A stretch of DNA of 64,000 nt from Macrostomum lignano (GCA_002269645.1 NIVC01001622.1:1-64000), one strand, 5' to 3'; positions 25,201 to 40,200 are shown, numbered from the stretch's first letter. Translations and numbers: made by a program. Notes: generated by a model not told the origin, from the sequence alone.

Positions 25201-28200
25201 CCTTCAAAAAATTGCCAATGATTTTGAGTGTTGCGTCCTTCTACTTAAATTCTCCTTGCCCCATAGTCACCTGCGTCGCCCCAAAGTTTAGATTAGTGTA
25301 TTTGTTCTCAAACAAATGGCCATACCACATTCAGCGCCATATGCAAAATACCGAGTAGGGCGTAGAAAATAATCTAAAAATTACCCAGATGGCTACCAAG
25401 GTCTCTTATATCTACTCAGCTTCAAGTTGGGGCCTAAAATATCCTCATTTTGATTTATGCTACAGGAGACGCTAAAAGTTCGAGAATTTTTCGGTTTGCG
25501 CGATTTCTTCAGCCTAGTGAAACACCTGGCCGCCTGGTCAAAAGCCAGTCAGACTAGCCAACCCAGCCTAGTTGGCAGCCTGTCAGATGAGCTACTGACA
25601 ACTGCTCTGCTGCGGAACTTCAGCGGCTTCGATATTAATCCTGTGAAGCTGTACGCCCGTCTAGTGGGACCGGACAACAGCGGGACACTTCACAAACTGG
25701 CCAATCGATCTGTGGTTGCCGAGGCTCTGGCCAGCCGGGGCGAACTGGACCAGCGGTATCTGCTGTTTATCACTGAGAATTATTCCGGATTTCGGGTGGT
25801 ACTTCGCCAGATTACTGGCCCGGCTAGTGTCATCTTTGGTAGCAGCTTTCCTCGCGATCAGGTAAGGTTGGGTAGGATTGTAGTCACAGATACTAGAATA
25901 ACTAGATGTGTCACTCGCAAAAAATGCGTTTCTCTACTCTTTTTTCAGTAGCAAAATTAGCGTTTTTTGCCTTTATAAAAGTGAAATTAAAATTTATCTA
26001 CTTTCAAACGAAATTGAAAGTTTTTAAAGCTGCAAAATATGTCTGTGCCTAATTCTACAAGCAGGCTAATTATTGTACATAAGCATGTCTGCTGAGTTTT
26101 ACCGGCTCAAAAATAAACGAATTTAAGACTTAAGACTGTAGAAAACTATAAAAATTTAAAATTCCCAAATTCAGTGCTTGGCATAGAGAGCAAGAGAGAA
26201 TTAGTGCTGGCGCCCAGACATCTCTCTACTGCTCTCTCATTGGCTGAGCTAGATTGGGCCTGCCCCCTCCCCCCCTAGGCTGAGTTTCGTCCGTCTTGCG
26301 TTCATTTGTGTACATTGAGTTAAAAAATGCTTGTTCATTCTTAGCCCCATTTGCTCTTCCATGAGGAAGGAAAGGAATTTTACATCAAATTTAAATTACA
26401 TTAGCGTGACAACTACTGAAAAAAAAGAGGAGAGGCTTTACTTTTTCACAATTTTAATTGCGAGTGACACATCTAGTTATTCTAGTATCTGTGGGATTGT
26501 ATAGGAAACCAAACCTTAAACCAGGGACTACTCAAGTAGGAGAACGGGAAACTATGTTTCTTAGAAAATAGAAAATATCTTAGAAAAATGCACGGCGTAG
26601 GTCGACTCTGGTTTTATGAATCTATTTTATCATTTCTGTTACACATACTGTTACACAGTCAGCTGAGAATGACAAAATAGACTCATAAAACCAATCAGCC
26701 GAGCCGTGTCATTTTTAATGGTTTTTAGGCACGGGACATGTGCAATTTGTACGTAGAATAAAGCAGTACCATAGAATCCTAGTTTTCTGAACGAAAAGCT
26801 TTATGAATATCGATAGAGCTATAAGAAAGGCACAGCATATCAAAAGATGAACACTGAGTCTGCCTCCTATCGAAAGCAATAACAATTTTTGTGCTGAAAA
26901 ATGAAATCTTCCTATCTCCGTAGTGTATTTTTCGGCGAAGACCAGCCTGATCTTTATCAGAGCAAGCGTTATTAGTACCAAAAAATCCTTGACAATATTA
27001 AATATCTTCATTTCTCTTTTTCCCCAGGCCTACACGAAGATTTGCAAGGACATCAACCGGATCAAGATCTGTATGGAGCGCGGTGAAACTGTAGTGCTGA
27101 TGAACATGGACTCGCTCTACGAGTCGCTATACGATGTGCTCAATCAGTATTACGAAAGCTGCGGCGAGGACCGCTTTGTCGATCTTGGCCTTGGCACGCA
27201 TCGGCTAAAGTGCAAGGTGCACTCGCACTTCCGCATTGTGGTCATTGCAGAACGGGACACCGTCATGAATAAATTCCCTATCCCGCTATCAACCGGATGG
27301 AGAAGCACCGGCTGTCCTGTGAGTCGCTGCTCAATTCTGAAGATGCTCAACTATGCGCCCAGCTGCTCGAGTGGGCGCGCAGTTTTCTGCCAACAAATTC
27401 AACTAGCAATCAAAATAAACAAAAAGTGACTGCTAAGCAACTAAACACCGTGTTTGTTGGCTATCACGAAGATGTTGTGCCATCGCTGCTGATCGAGTTT
27501 GCCAACCTGGCCAATCCGGAACGCGTACGGGCAGTCCAGCACGCTCTGCTGGCAGCTTGCACACCTGAGAGTCTTGTACGACTCGACCAGACTCCACTGG
27601 CTGGACAGAAGGATGCTCTGAGTCGTTTGTATCATAATGACGATCGGCACTCGGGTCTGGAGAAATTCCTGAGCTGTCGAGCCTATGGCGACAAGCAGTT
27701 CGTGCAGGTGAGTTATTCTGCGCACAAGCCCCAGATGAATGTGGCAGGGGCCCTGGTTCGATTCCGTTCGATCATATTGCCGATGTGTACACTTCGCTGA
27801 AAGTATTGCTATTATTTTCTCCATCAAAAAGGTCCTTTATTTTCCTTTTATTGAATACGTCAGACTCAATATGTTTCGCCTTGCCCAACCCAGGTGACCA
27901 CATTTGACCGGCTGCTGTCGAAGGCAGAATTATCCGAACTCTCGGCTCGATTCGGCCCCAATCTGGGCCTTCTGCAGGACAACAATTTAAACGATTTTGA
28001 CACGGAGATTCAGTTTACTAACTACCTGAATCAGTTCTTCAAGTGCCCGAGCCTACCTGGCTTATACTGCAATTCGAAGCACTTCGTCCCGGCTACCAGA
28101 ACCGGGTCTCCTGCGCCAAGTACCTGGTTGAAGATTTTGCCAAACAGCCAACCGCTCACGCCGCTAATAAACTTGTCATTCTAGTTGTCAAGCTAATCCG

Positions 28201-31200
28201 ATCTCATACTAATCCATTTACTGGCTTTGAATGCGGTCACTGGTGCTCCGCTCACCTGGAGGAGCTGGTTGCCTCCAGCAAGATTGCCGTTGGCTGTCTC
28301 GGCCGCCGTCGGGTGCACGAGCTGTTCGCTACGGGTCAGCCAATGGAGGTGGACAGCGAACCGTCTGGCTCTGCCCAGCCAGAAGCCATCGACATTCGCC
28401 TGCTATTGCTGCAAAGTTTGCACGCCGCTTTGGCTATGCTGGCCGAAGGCGGCGGTGGCGGCGGCGTGTTGGATGCGCGATCAACTAAGCGCTATTCAAT
28501 TCTGGCGAATGCTTTGAATGGTTAGTGTACTGACTAACTGACTGACTGACTGACTGACTGACTGACTGACTGACTGACTGACTGACTGACTGACTGACTG
28601 ACTGACTGACTGACTGACTGACTGACTGACTGACTGACTGACTGACTGACTGACTGACTGACTGACTGACTGACTGACTGACTGACTGACTGACTGACTG
28701 ACTGACTGACTGACTGACTGACTGACTGACTGACTGACTGACTGACTGACTGACTGACTGACTGACTGACTGACTGACTGACTGACTGACTGACTGACTG
28801 ACTGACTGACTGACTGACTGACTGACTGACTGACTGACTGACTGACTGACTGACTGACTGACTGACTGACTGACTGACTGACTGACTGACTGACTGACTG
28901 ACTGACTGACTGACTGACTGACTGACTGACTGACTGACTGACTGACTGACTGACTGACTGACTGACTGACTGACTGACTGACTGACTGACTGACTGACTG
29001 ACTGACTGACTGACTGACTGACTGACTGACTGACTGACTGACTGACTGACTGACTGACTGACTGACTGACTGACTGACTGACTGACTGACTGACTGACTG
29101 ACTGAGTGGCTGACTGACTGACTGACTGACTGACTGACTGGCTGACTGACTGACTGACTGACTGACTGACTGGCTGACTGACTGACTGACTGACTGACTG
29201 ACTGACTGACTGACTGACTGACTGACGAAAACAAAACACAATAGTCTATGGTAATTGGCTGGGTGGGGTTTTTATACCTGCATAATTGGTTGTCAAACTA
29301 AGTCACTACGACGATCGCCATTTAATCCTTCACAGACCAGGAGTTCCTGGCAGCACTCAATGAGTACATAGTGTCCGCTCTGGAGCATAGAGAATCAAAC
29401 TCCTATGCCAACTACAATCCAAACGATTGGCTCAGCTTCGAGGCCGCTAAAGATGAGAATGTTACAGAGGCTGGTACATTTATGTGAGTTTTTCTACTGT
29501 TGTATTATTGTATTTATCTATGGGCTGCTGATTTAAAGTACATCGCGCCCTGTTTTTAACAACATCAATCCATGCAGGGAGAGCGCTTGGCGCAATGTTA
29601 AACGCAAAGTCATCCCAGCCCTGGCCTGCTTTGTGGCCTTCGTTGACAAGGAAGACAATTTGGACGGCTATTCGCTGCACCGGCGCCTGTGGCTGCGCTG
29701 CCTTCGGCCCGCGGCTAATCGCGACCAGCTGACCGCCAGCTATCATCAGGGAACCGGCGAGCTGCAACGGATTGACGTCCCGAGTTCGAGTCTGGACGGG
29801 CACCGATTCGTCGGCGCATTCCCGTTCGCCTGGTGCTTCGCCGAGCAGCTGCGCTCCCTTGCCCAGGCCTTGCCAACCGCTGTGCAGTCTGCCTCAGCTG
29901 AGGAGGCCATGGCTCTGGATTTGGCCCGACTACTGTCCGAGACTCCCTGCGGCAGGGCGTTGATTGACAGCTGCGACACCGGGATGACAGACAATGTCAC
30001 TGGCCTGTGGAATCAGTTCCTGCACGATCTTCTTCACATTGAGGTGCCATCGGCCACTGAGGACGACGTTGCCGTCCTGACTCCTGTGATCTCCGCCTCG
30101 GTGGCTGGTATGGAATCGGCGGATGTTGCGCAATATGGCGAAGACCCTGAAGGTCTTCAGCAGTCAACCAGTCTGGAGAGAATCCGGTCCGGTTCGCACA
30201 GCCTTCTGTTGGCCATCTGTCGCGTCTATGTAGCCGTCTCCGGTGCCAAGCCGCACCTGACCTGCGCCATGCGGCTGCTGCACCGCGTCAAAGGTCTCCA
30301 GCTGCCGCCTGTTGACGCATGCGTTGGTGGACCGGCCGCGTTGCCACTGGTAAGTAAACTGCAGTGCTGCCGCAGTGCCGCAGCCTCATACCCCTCCAGA
30401 ATCTCCGCTCATGCCCTGCCAGAATCTCCCCTCGTGCCCCGCTAGAATCTCCCCTCATACCCCTCCAGAATCTCCGCTCATGCCCTGCCAGAATCTCCCC
30501 TCGTGCCCCGCTAGAATCTCCCCTCATACCCCTCCAGAATCTCCGCTCATGCCCTGCCAGAATCTCCCCTCGTGCCCCGCTAGAATCTCCCCTCATACCC
30601 CTCCAAAATCTCCCCTCATGCCCCGCCAGAATCTCGCCTCATGCCCCTCCAGAATCTCCCCTCATGCTTCACTAGAATCGCCCCTCATGCCCCACTAGAA
30701 TCCCCCCTCATGCTCCGCCAGAATCTCCTCTCATGCCCCACTAGAATCTTCCATCATGCCCCACTAGAATCGCCCCTCAATGCCTCACTAGAATCGCCCC
30801 TCAATGCCTCACTAGAATCGCCCTTCAATGCCTCACTAGAATTGCCCTTCAATGCCCCACTAGAATCGCCCTTTAATGCCTCACTAGAATCGCCCTTTAA
30901 TGCCTCACTAGAATCGCCCTTCAATACCTCACTAGAATCGCCCCTCAATGCTTCACTAGAATCGCCCTTCAATGCCTCACTAGATTCGCCCCTCAATACC
31001 TCACTAGAATCGCCCTTCAATACCTCACTAGAATCGCCCCTCAATGCTTCACTAGAATCGCCCCTCAATGCCTCACTAGAATCGCCCTTTAATGCCTCAC
31101 TAGAATCGCCCTTCAATGCCTCACTAGAATCGCCCTTCAATGCCTCACTAGAATCGCCCCTCAATGCCTACTAGAATTGCCCTTCAATGCCTCACTAGAA

Positions 31201-34200
31201 TCGCCCCTCAATGCCTACTAGAATTGCCCTTCAATGCCTCACTAAAATCGCTCCTCAATGCTTCTCTAGAATCGCCCTTCAATGCCTCACTAGAATCGCC
31301 CTTCAATGCCTCTTAGAATCGCCCCTCAATGCCTCTTAGAATCGCCCCTCAATGCCTCACTAGAATCGCCCTTCAATGCTTCACTAGAATCGCCCTTCAA
31401 TGCCTCACTAGAATCGCCCCTCAATGCCTCTTAGAATCGCCCTTCAATGCCTCACTAGAATCGCCCCTCAATGCCTCTTAGAATCGCCCCTCAATGTCTC
31501 ACTAGAATCGCCCCTCAATGCCTCTTAGAATCGCCCCTCAATGCCTCACTAGAATCGCCCTTCAATGCTTCACTAGAATCGCCCTTCAATGCTTCACTAG
31601 AATCGCCCTTCAATGCTTCACTAGAATCGCCCTTCAATGCCTCACTAGAATCGCCCCTCAATGCCTCTTAGTATCGCCCCTCAATGCCTCACTAGAATCG
31701 CCCCTCAATGCCTCTTAGTATCGCCCCTCAATGCCTCACTAGAATCGCCCCTCAATGCCTCTTAGAATCGCCCCTCAATGCCTCACTAGAATCGCCCTTC
31801 AATGCTTCACTAGAATCGCCCTTCAATGCTTCACTAGAATCGCCCTTCAATGCCTCACTAGAATCGCCCCTCAATGCCTCTTAGAATCGCCCTTCAATGC
31901 CTCACTAGAATCGCCCCTCAATGCCTCTTAGAATCGCCCCTCAATGCCTCACTAGAATCGCCCCTCAATGCCTCTTAGAATCGCCCCTCAATGCCTCACT
32001 AGAATCGCCCTCAATGCTTCACTAGAATCGCCCTTCAATGCTTCACTAGAATCGCCCTTCAATGCTTCACTAGAATCGCCCTTCAATGCTTCACTAGAAT
32101 CGCCCTTCAATGCCTCACTAAAATCGCCCTTCAATGCTTCACTAGAATCGCCCTTCAATGCCTCACTAGAATCGCCCCTCAATGCCTCTTAGTATCGCCC
32201 CTCAATGCCTCACTAGAATCGCCCCTCAATGCCTCTTAGAATCGCCCCTCAATGCCTCACTAGAATCGCCCTTCAATGCTTCACTAGAATCGCCCTTCAA
32301 TGCTTCACTAGAATCGCCCTTCAATGCCTCACTAAAATCGCCCTTCAATGCTTCACTAGAATCGCCCTTCAATGCCTCACTAGAATCGCCCTTCAATGCT
32401 TCACTAGAATCGCCCCTCAATGCCTCACTAGAATCGCCCCTCAATGCCTCTTAGAATCGCCCCTCAATGCCTCACTAGAATCGCCCTTCAATGCTTCACT
32501 AGAATCGCCCTTCAATGCTTCACTAGAATCGCCCTTCAATGCCTCACTAGAATCGCCCCTCAATGCCTCTTAGAATCGCCCCTCAATGCCTCACTAGAAT
32601 CGCCCCTCAATGCCTCTTAGAATCGCCCCTCAATGCCTCACTAGAATCGCCCTTCAATGCTTCACTAGAATCGCCCTTCAATGCTTCACTAGAATCGCCC
32701 TTCAATGCTTCACTAGAATCGCCCTTCAATGCTTCACTAGAATCGCCCTTCAATGCCTCACTAAAATCGCCCTTCAATGCTTCACTAGAATCGCCCCTCA
32801 ATGCCTCACTAGAATCGCCCTTCAATGCTTCACTAGAATCGCCCTTCAATGCTTCACTAGAATCGCCCTTCAATGCTTCACTAGAATCGCCCTTCAATGC
32901 TTCACTAGAATCGCCCTTCAATGCTTCACTAGAATCGCCCTTCAATGCCTCACTAGAATCGCCCCTCAATGCCTCTTAGAATCGCCCCTCAATGCCTCAC
33001 TAGAATCGCCCCTCAATGCCTCTTAGAATCGCCCCTCAATGCCTCACTAGAATCGCCCCTCAATGCTTCACTAGAATTGCTCCTCTTTGAGTCATGAAAT
33101 AGCTCTACTATACTATAATGCGCAGCCCTGAATGCCCCCATTATCCAGATCCTATTCGAGTCATTCTACCAGCAGCTAAACAAGAGCAGGTACGATCTGA
33201 ACAAGCCGCATACCCGGGCCCGCTGGATGGCTCAGGTGTCCAATTGTCAGAGCGTTGTGCAGTCGATACTAGATCAGTACTGTACAAACCCGCGGGACTC
33301 CCATCGCCAGCTGTGGGACCGGGTTCAGTGCGTGACATTCTTCTTGCGCCACGTTTCCATGCCGTTTGATGCCGAGCATGAACTGGAAGACTTTCTTATT
33401 AAGCCTATTCAGCTTTGGAGTGTGAGTGAATATCTGTTCACTGATTAATAACACATTAATAGAATTGGATTTGTCACCATTTTAGCATGCGATCGTTCTC
33501 TGGACGGTCACCCAGTAACGCTTAAAAAATTATTGTCACAGACTAAAGCTGCATTATCAAGAGGGTCAAAAACTAAGATTGCATTATCACCCGTATAAAA
33601 GTCGGACCGTCACATTTTGTCTATGTGACCACTCACTCAAATGTGACAGTCAAATAAACTGTCCCACTTTTATACGGGTCAAGGTCATAAACTGAGGCTG
33701 CATTATCAATAAGGTCATAGACTGAGGCTGCATTATCGAGAGGGTCATTAACTAAGGCTGCATTATCGAGAGAGTCATAAACTAAGGCTGCATTATCAAA
33801 AGGGTCATAAACTGAGGCTGCATTATCAATAAGGTCATAAACTAAGGCTGCATTATCAATAAGGTCATAAACTGAGGCTGCATTATCAATAAGGTCATAA
33901 ACTAAGGCTGCATTATCGAGAGGGTCATAAACTAAGGCTGCATTATCGAGAGAGTCATAAACTAAGGCTGCATTATCAAAAGGGTCATAAACTAAGGCTG
34001 CATTATCAAAAGGGTCATAAACTAAGGCTGTATTATCAAAAGGGTCATAAACTAAGGCTGCATTATCAAAAGGGTCATAAACTAAGGCTGCATTATCGAG
34101 AGAGTCATAAACTAAGGCTGCATTATCGAGAGGGTCATTAACTAAGGCTGCATTATCGAGAGAGTCATAAACTAAGGCTGCATTATCGAGAGGGTCATAA

Positions 34201-37200
34201 ACTAAGGCTGTATTACCAAAAGGGTCATAAACTAAGGCTGCATTATCAAAAGGGTCATAAACTAAGGCTGCATTATCGAGAGGGTCATAAACTAAGGCTG
34301 CATTATCGAGAGGGTCATTAACTAAGGCTGCATTATCGAGAGGGTCATAAACTAAGGCTGCATTATCGAGAGGGTCATTAACTAAGGCTGCATTATCGAG
34401 AGAGTCATAAACTAAGGCTGCATTATCAAAAGGGTCATAAACTAAGGCTGCATTATCGACTATCGAGAGGGTCATAAACTAAGGCTGCATTATCAAAAGG
34501 GTCATAAACTAAGGCTGCATTATCGACTATCGAGAGGGTCATAAACTAAGGCTGCATTATCGAGAGGGTCATTAACTAAGGCTGCATTATCGAGAGAGTC
34601 ATAAACTAAGGCTGCATTATCAAAAGGGTCATAAACTAAGGCTGCATTATCGACTATCAAGAGGGTCATAAACTAAGGCTGCATTATCAAAAGGGTCATA
34701 AACTAAGGCTGCATTATCAAAAGGGTCATAAACTAAGGCTGCATTATCGACTATCGAGAGGGTCATAAACTAAGGCTGCATTATCAAAAGGGTCATAAAC
34801 TAAGGCTGCATTATCAAAAGGGTCATAAACTAAGGCTGCATTATCGACTATCAAGAGGGTCATAAACTAAGGCTGCATTATCAAGAGGGTCATAAACTAA
34901 GGCTGCATTATCAAAAGGGTCATAAACTAAGGCTGCATTATCGATTATCAAAAGGGTCATAAACTAAGGCTGCATTATCAAAAGGGTCATAAACTAAGGC
35001 TGCATTATCGACTATCAAGAGGGTCATAAACTAAGGCTGCATTATCAAGAGGGTCATAAACTAAGGCTGCATTATCAAAAGGGTCATAAACTAAGGCTGC
35101 ATTATCGACTATCGAGAGGGTCATAAACTAAGTCTGCATTATCAAAAGGGTCATAAACTAAGGCTGCATTATCGAGAGGGTCATTAACTAAGGCTGCATC
35201 AGACCGTTTATGATCATGATAACACAGATACGCTCAAACTTTTACGACCTATTGCATTTTACCCGATGTTTCTGTTCAACACCTGTAGTTGCTTGAGCGC
35301 GAAAAAATAGCATTCCAAGAGGCCGAGTGCATCAAATCTTTGGAAAGAATTCTTGAAAATGCAAACGAATCGGTGCGCGCGAAAGTTATGAGGTAAGTAT
35401 TGCTATATACTAAATTAAAATGATGATAAAATCACAATAAACTTACTTTCTTAGTTTCTTAGAAGCATGAAAACTTTTATCGAAATCTGTTGTCTTCTAT
35501 TTATCAATGAAAGTTTCTATCTATCCTCGCCAATTCTCAGGGTCACAAGGTGTCAGCTTTGCGAGGACTCGCGTAGCACCATCGCGGCGTTGAGCTGCGG
35601 CGATCATCTCTGCGGTCGGTGCCTTCGTCTGGCAGTTTCTGGCGGCCACAAAACCAAGAACTCCTGTCCGCGCTGCCGCAAACAGCTCACCGAATCGGAC
35701 GCTAAGAAAGCCGCTAAAGCCGCCGCTGGACCGCATCCTTTATTAGAAAAGTTTAGAAATCGATGCAACGCCTTCCTAATGGACGTCGTGTCCCGGTTAT
35801 GCTTCGGATCTAACATGCGCCAGGCGCCCAAACCAGAACTATGTGCCTATCTGCTTAACTATGTCACTCGTTGGTGGAAATATTTATTTTTACTTACCTA
35901 TTAAACGGTTTCTCAGATAATCTTCTTCAGGAGTCTCTTCACTGATGGAGTTAAAGACGGCATCTCAGCAACTCCCCCCCATTGAGCCAATTGGCATCTC
36001 AGCAACTCCCCATTGAGCCAATTGGCATCTCAGCAACTCCCCATTGAGCCAATTGGCATCTCAGCAACTCCTCCCCCATTGAGCCTTTGGCATCTCAGCA
36101 ACTCCTCCCCGTTGAGCCTTTGGCATCTCAGCAACTCCCCATTGAGCCAATTGGCATCTCAGCAACTCCCCATTGAGCCAATTGGCATCTCAGCAACTCC
36201 CCATTGAGCCAATTGGCATCTCAGCAACTCCCCATTGAGCTTTAGCATCTCAGCAACTCCCCATTGAGCCAATTGGCATCTCAGCAACTCCCCATTGAGC
36301 CAATTGGCATCTCAGCAACTCCCCATTGAGCCAATTGGCATCTCAGCAACTCCCCATTGAGCTTTAGCATCTCAGCAACTCCCCATTGAGCCAATTGGCA
36401 TCTCAGCAACTCCCCATTGAGCCAATTGGCATCTCAGCAACTCCCCATTGAGCCAATTGGCATCTCAGCAACTCCCCCCATTGAGCCAATTGGCATCTCA
36501 GCAACTCCCCCATTGAGCCAATTGGCATCTCAGCCACTCCCCATTGAGCCAATTGGCATCTCAGCAACTCCCCATTGAGCCAATTGGCATCTCAGCAACT
36601 CCCCATTGAGCCAATTGGCATCTCAGCAACTCCCCCATTGAGCCAATTGGCATCTCAGCAACTCCCCCCATTGAGCCAATTGGCATCTCAGCAACTCCCC
36701 CATTGAGCCAATTGGCATCTCAGCCACTCCCCATTGAGCCAATTGGCATCTCAGCAACTCCCCATTGAGCCAATTGGCATCTCAGCAACTCCCCCATTGA
36801 GCCAATTGGCATCTCAGCAACTCCCCATTGAGCTTTAGCATCTCAGCAACTCCCCATTGAGCCAATTGGCATCTCAGCAACTCCCCCCATTGAGCCAATT
36901 GGCATCTCAGCAACTCCCCATTGAGCTTTAGCATCTCAGCAACTCCCCATTGAGCCAATTGGCATCTCAGCAACTCCCCCCATTGAGCCAATTGGCATCT
37001 CAGCAACTCCCCATTGAGCTTTAGCATCTCAGCAACTCCCCATTGAGCCAATTGGCATCTCAGCAACTGTTCCATGAGATACCACAAACTTACTGTTTAG
37101 TATACATAAACATTTCATTTAGCTTACTAAAGTTTATATGCTGATACAAAACTTGTATAAAAGTTCAGCGTCCCTTATACAAGTATTGTTGACGAGTTGT

Positions 37201-40200
37201 ATTTTATTAATTCCGGAAACAAGCCTAGTTAAATAATTTGCCGTATTGTAATTTCAGGTGCAGTCCCGACGACAATTTTGGCTTCTTCCAAGACCGCTCA
37301 GACGGTGAAGGCGTGGTTTTCCGGTCTTATGTACTGCAGTTACTACTGTCCTATCATCATGAACTAGTAGTAGAGCAACTCACTGAGCACTTAACTCATG
37401 TGCTGATCCTAATTCAGCCTGAGGAGGAATTCCATCTGCGGCTAATTATATTGCACTGCTTTGAAGATGCCTGTTTGGTTGAATTGACGAGGTAAGCGCT
37501 ATTTCATTTGAGTGGGGCGCCGTTTCATTTGAGTGGGGCGCCGTTTCATTTGAGTGAGGCGCCGTTTCATTTGAGTGAGGCGCCGTTTCATTTGAGTGAG
37601 CGCCGTTTCACGTGGGGGCGCCATTTCACGTTGGGGCGCCATTTCATTTGATTGGGGCGCCGTTTCACGTGGGGGGCGCTATTTCATTAGAATGGGAGCG
37701 CCGTTTCACGTGAGGGGCGCTATTTCATTTGAGTGGGAGCTCCGTTTCACGTGAGGGGCGCTATTTCATTTGAGTGGGAGCTCCGTTTCACGTGAGGGGC
37801 GCTATTTCATTTGAGTGGGAGCTCCGTTTCACGTGGGGGGCGCTATTTCATTTGAATGGGGGCGCCGTTTCATGTGGGGGGCGCTATTTCATTCGAATGG
37901 GGGCGCCGTTTCATGTGGGGGCGCTATTTCATTCGAATGGGGGCGCCGTTTCATGTGGGGGGCGCTATTTCATTTGAATGGGGGCGCCGTTTCACGTGGG
38001 GGCGCCGTTTCACGTGGGGGTGCTATTTCATTTGAGTAGAGTGCCGTTTCACGTGGGGGCGCTTTTTCATTTGAGCGGGGACACAATATTATTTGAGTTG
38101 GAGACACAATCTTATTTGAGTTAAAGACAATCTTATTTGAGTGAGGACACAATCTCATTTGAGTTAAAGACAATCTTATTTGAGTGAGGACACAATCTCA
38201 TTTGAGTTAAAGACAATCTTATTTGAGTGAGGACACAATCTCATTTGAGTTAAAGACAATCTTATTTGAGTGAGGACACAATCTCATTTGAGTTGGGACA
38301 CAATCTCATTTGAGTTGGGGAAACAATCTCATTTGAGTGGAGACAATCTCATTTGAGTTGGGGGGGGGCGCCATCTAAATGGGTCTTTTGCGGCGCCAAT
38401 TGTCATAATTTTGGAACAGAACCCCACCTTGGCTGCGCCCCTTGCTCCTACTGATGCCAGACACAATCGCCTCGTTACACACTCAGGATGGACCCCGAGC
38501 GCCGCTGGCATCAAGCTCTCGACTGGCTGTCCACCAATCTGCCGCAGCCATTGCCGCCAGCTGTCAGCGCCGGGTCCAACTCAGTCACGCCAGCCTTTGT
38601 GTCCAGCCTGATTGGCCAGCTGCGTCGGCTCGCCACGTGGCGTATTGGCCTTGCTCTGCTGGCTAACAGAATCATTGCCAGCGGGTCTGTTGCTTCAGCT
38701 CTGGGCAGTGCCGATTTTCTCCAGCGGCTGGCAGACAAGCATCAGGTATATCATTATAGCCGTTGTGTTAGCGCTTTACTTTCTACGAGTATTCATTTCA
38801 AGTAGACTCAACAGAGTCGTTATAAATTCGAAATGCGTTTCTAAATTCATTAAGTGACGCAGATGCGCTTTGGATGCAACCACAGAATAACTAGATGGGC
38901 CAGTCAGCACATTTGCGTGTAAGCTACTGTCAGTTCAGTAGTAAGTTAAACCGGAGCATTTAAATGTATTTTTAAAGCCAAGGCTCATTTATTGGCTCTT
39001 TCCCCACAGCTTAAACCCTCCAACCGCGCCTTTCCACATTCCCCCCCCGCCCCGCCCCAATTTTATTGCCTTTCTCTCGGAATTCCAGCCTAAAGCGGCC
39101 ATGTACATTTCAGTGGACTGGCCAATGTACATTATTGCTGAACCAATTAGCAAGCTGTTTACGCCTGCAAGCTTTTGGGGCTTCTAAACTTATCAGTCGT
39201 TTCAGCTGCCTTTATTTTTATAAAATAGCTCATGTATTCTTCTTTGCTACTGAACTGAAAGTAGAAAGCTGTTTTACTAATAAGTATATATGCCTGTTGC
39301 CCATCTAGTTATTCTAATATCCGTGGACGCAACTCAGACAACTCAAACGACTTTGGGCCTATAGCACATGTAGATAGAAAGAAACGCCTACTAATTGACA
39401 GGCCTGGCCTCGTATCTACCTGCTCCGCTGCCTGTGCCGTCGGCTCGGCGTGTCAGCTGGCCTGGCAGCTCTGCGCCGCGATCCCACAGGCCTCGGCGTC
39501 GTCTTTGCCGCCGAGCTGAGAAGCCTCGAAGGCCGCTGTCAGGAGCCCGAGCTGCTGCTCTGTCTGTCGCCTGCTTATCGAAAACTGCGCGACGCTTTTT
39601 GGACCGGCTATTTGTCTGGAAAGCCCGAGTTCTCGGCCGCGATGAAGGTGGGTTGCAAATCAATTCGGATTTTATTCGGATTTACTAAACCGTAGCGGCC
39701 CCTGGTTCGATTCAAGGACTACTAAAGTACGAGTAGAAGGACGCTACACTCGAAATCTATGGAACATGTTTTGAAGGCCAATTTTCGTCGAGGAATACAC
39801 AACGGAGATAGGAAGCTTTCGATAGGAGGCAGATCCAATGTTCATCTTTTGATATGTTGTGCCTTTCTTATAGCTCTATTGATATTCATAAAGCTTTTCG
39901 TTCAGAAAATCAGGATTCTATGTTCATTTTGTATTCTACGTACATTTCCTGTACCTAAAAATCATTAAAATTCATGACACAGCTCAAATCTTTGGTTTTA
40001 TAAATCTATTTTATCATCTGTCACACATACTGTTACACAGTCAGCTGAGAATGACAAAATAGACTCATAAAAACCCATAAGATGAGCCGTGCCATTTTTA
40101 ATGGTTTTTAGGCAAGGGACATGTGCAATTTGTACGTAGAATACAAATTAACATAGAATCCTGATTCTCTGAACGAAAAGCTCTATGAATATCAATAGAG

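Noticed and set aside
27280-28050. Programmed -1 ribosomal frameshifting
   Set aside because: No X XXY YYZ slippery heptamer at either site; a simple missing base restores the conserved motifs.
28485-29241. SQSV-repeat ORFs
   Set aside because: (CTGA)n microsatellite.
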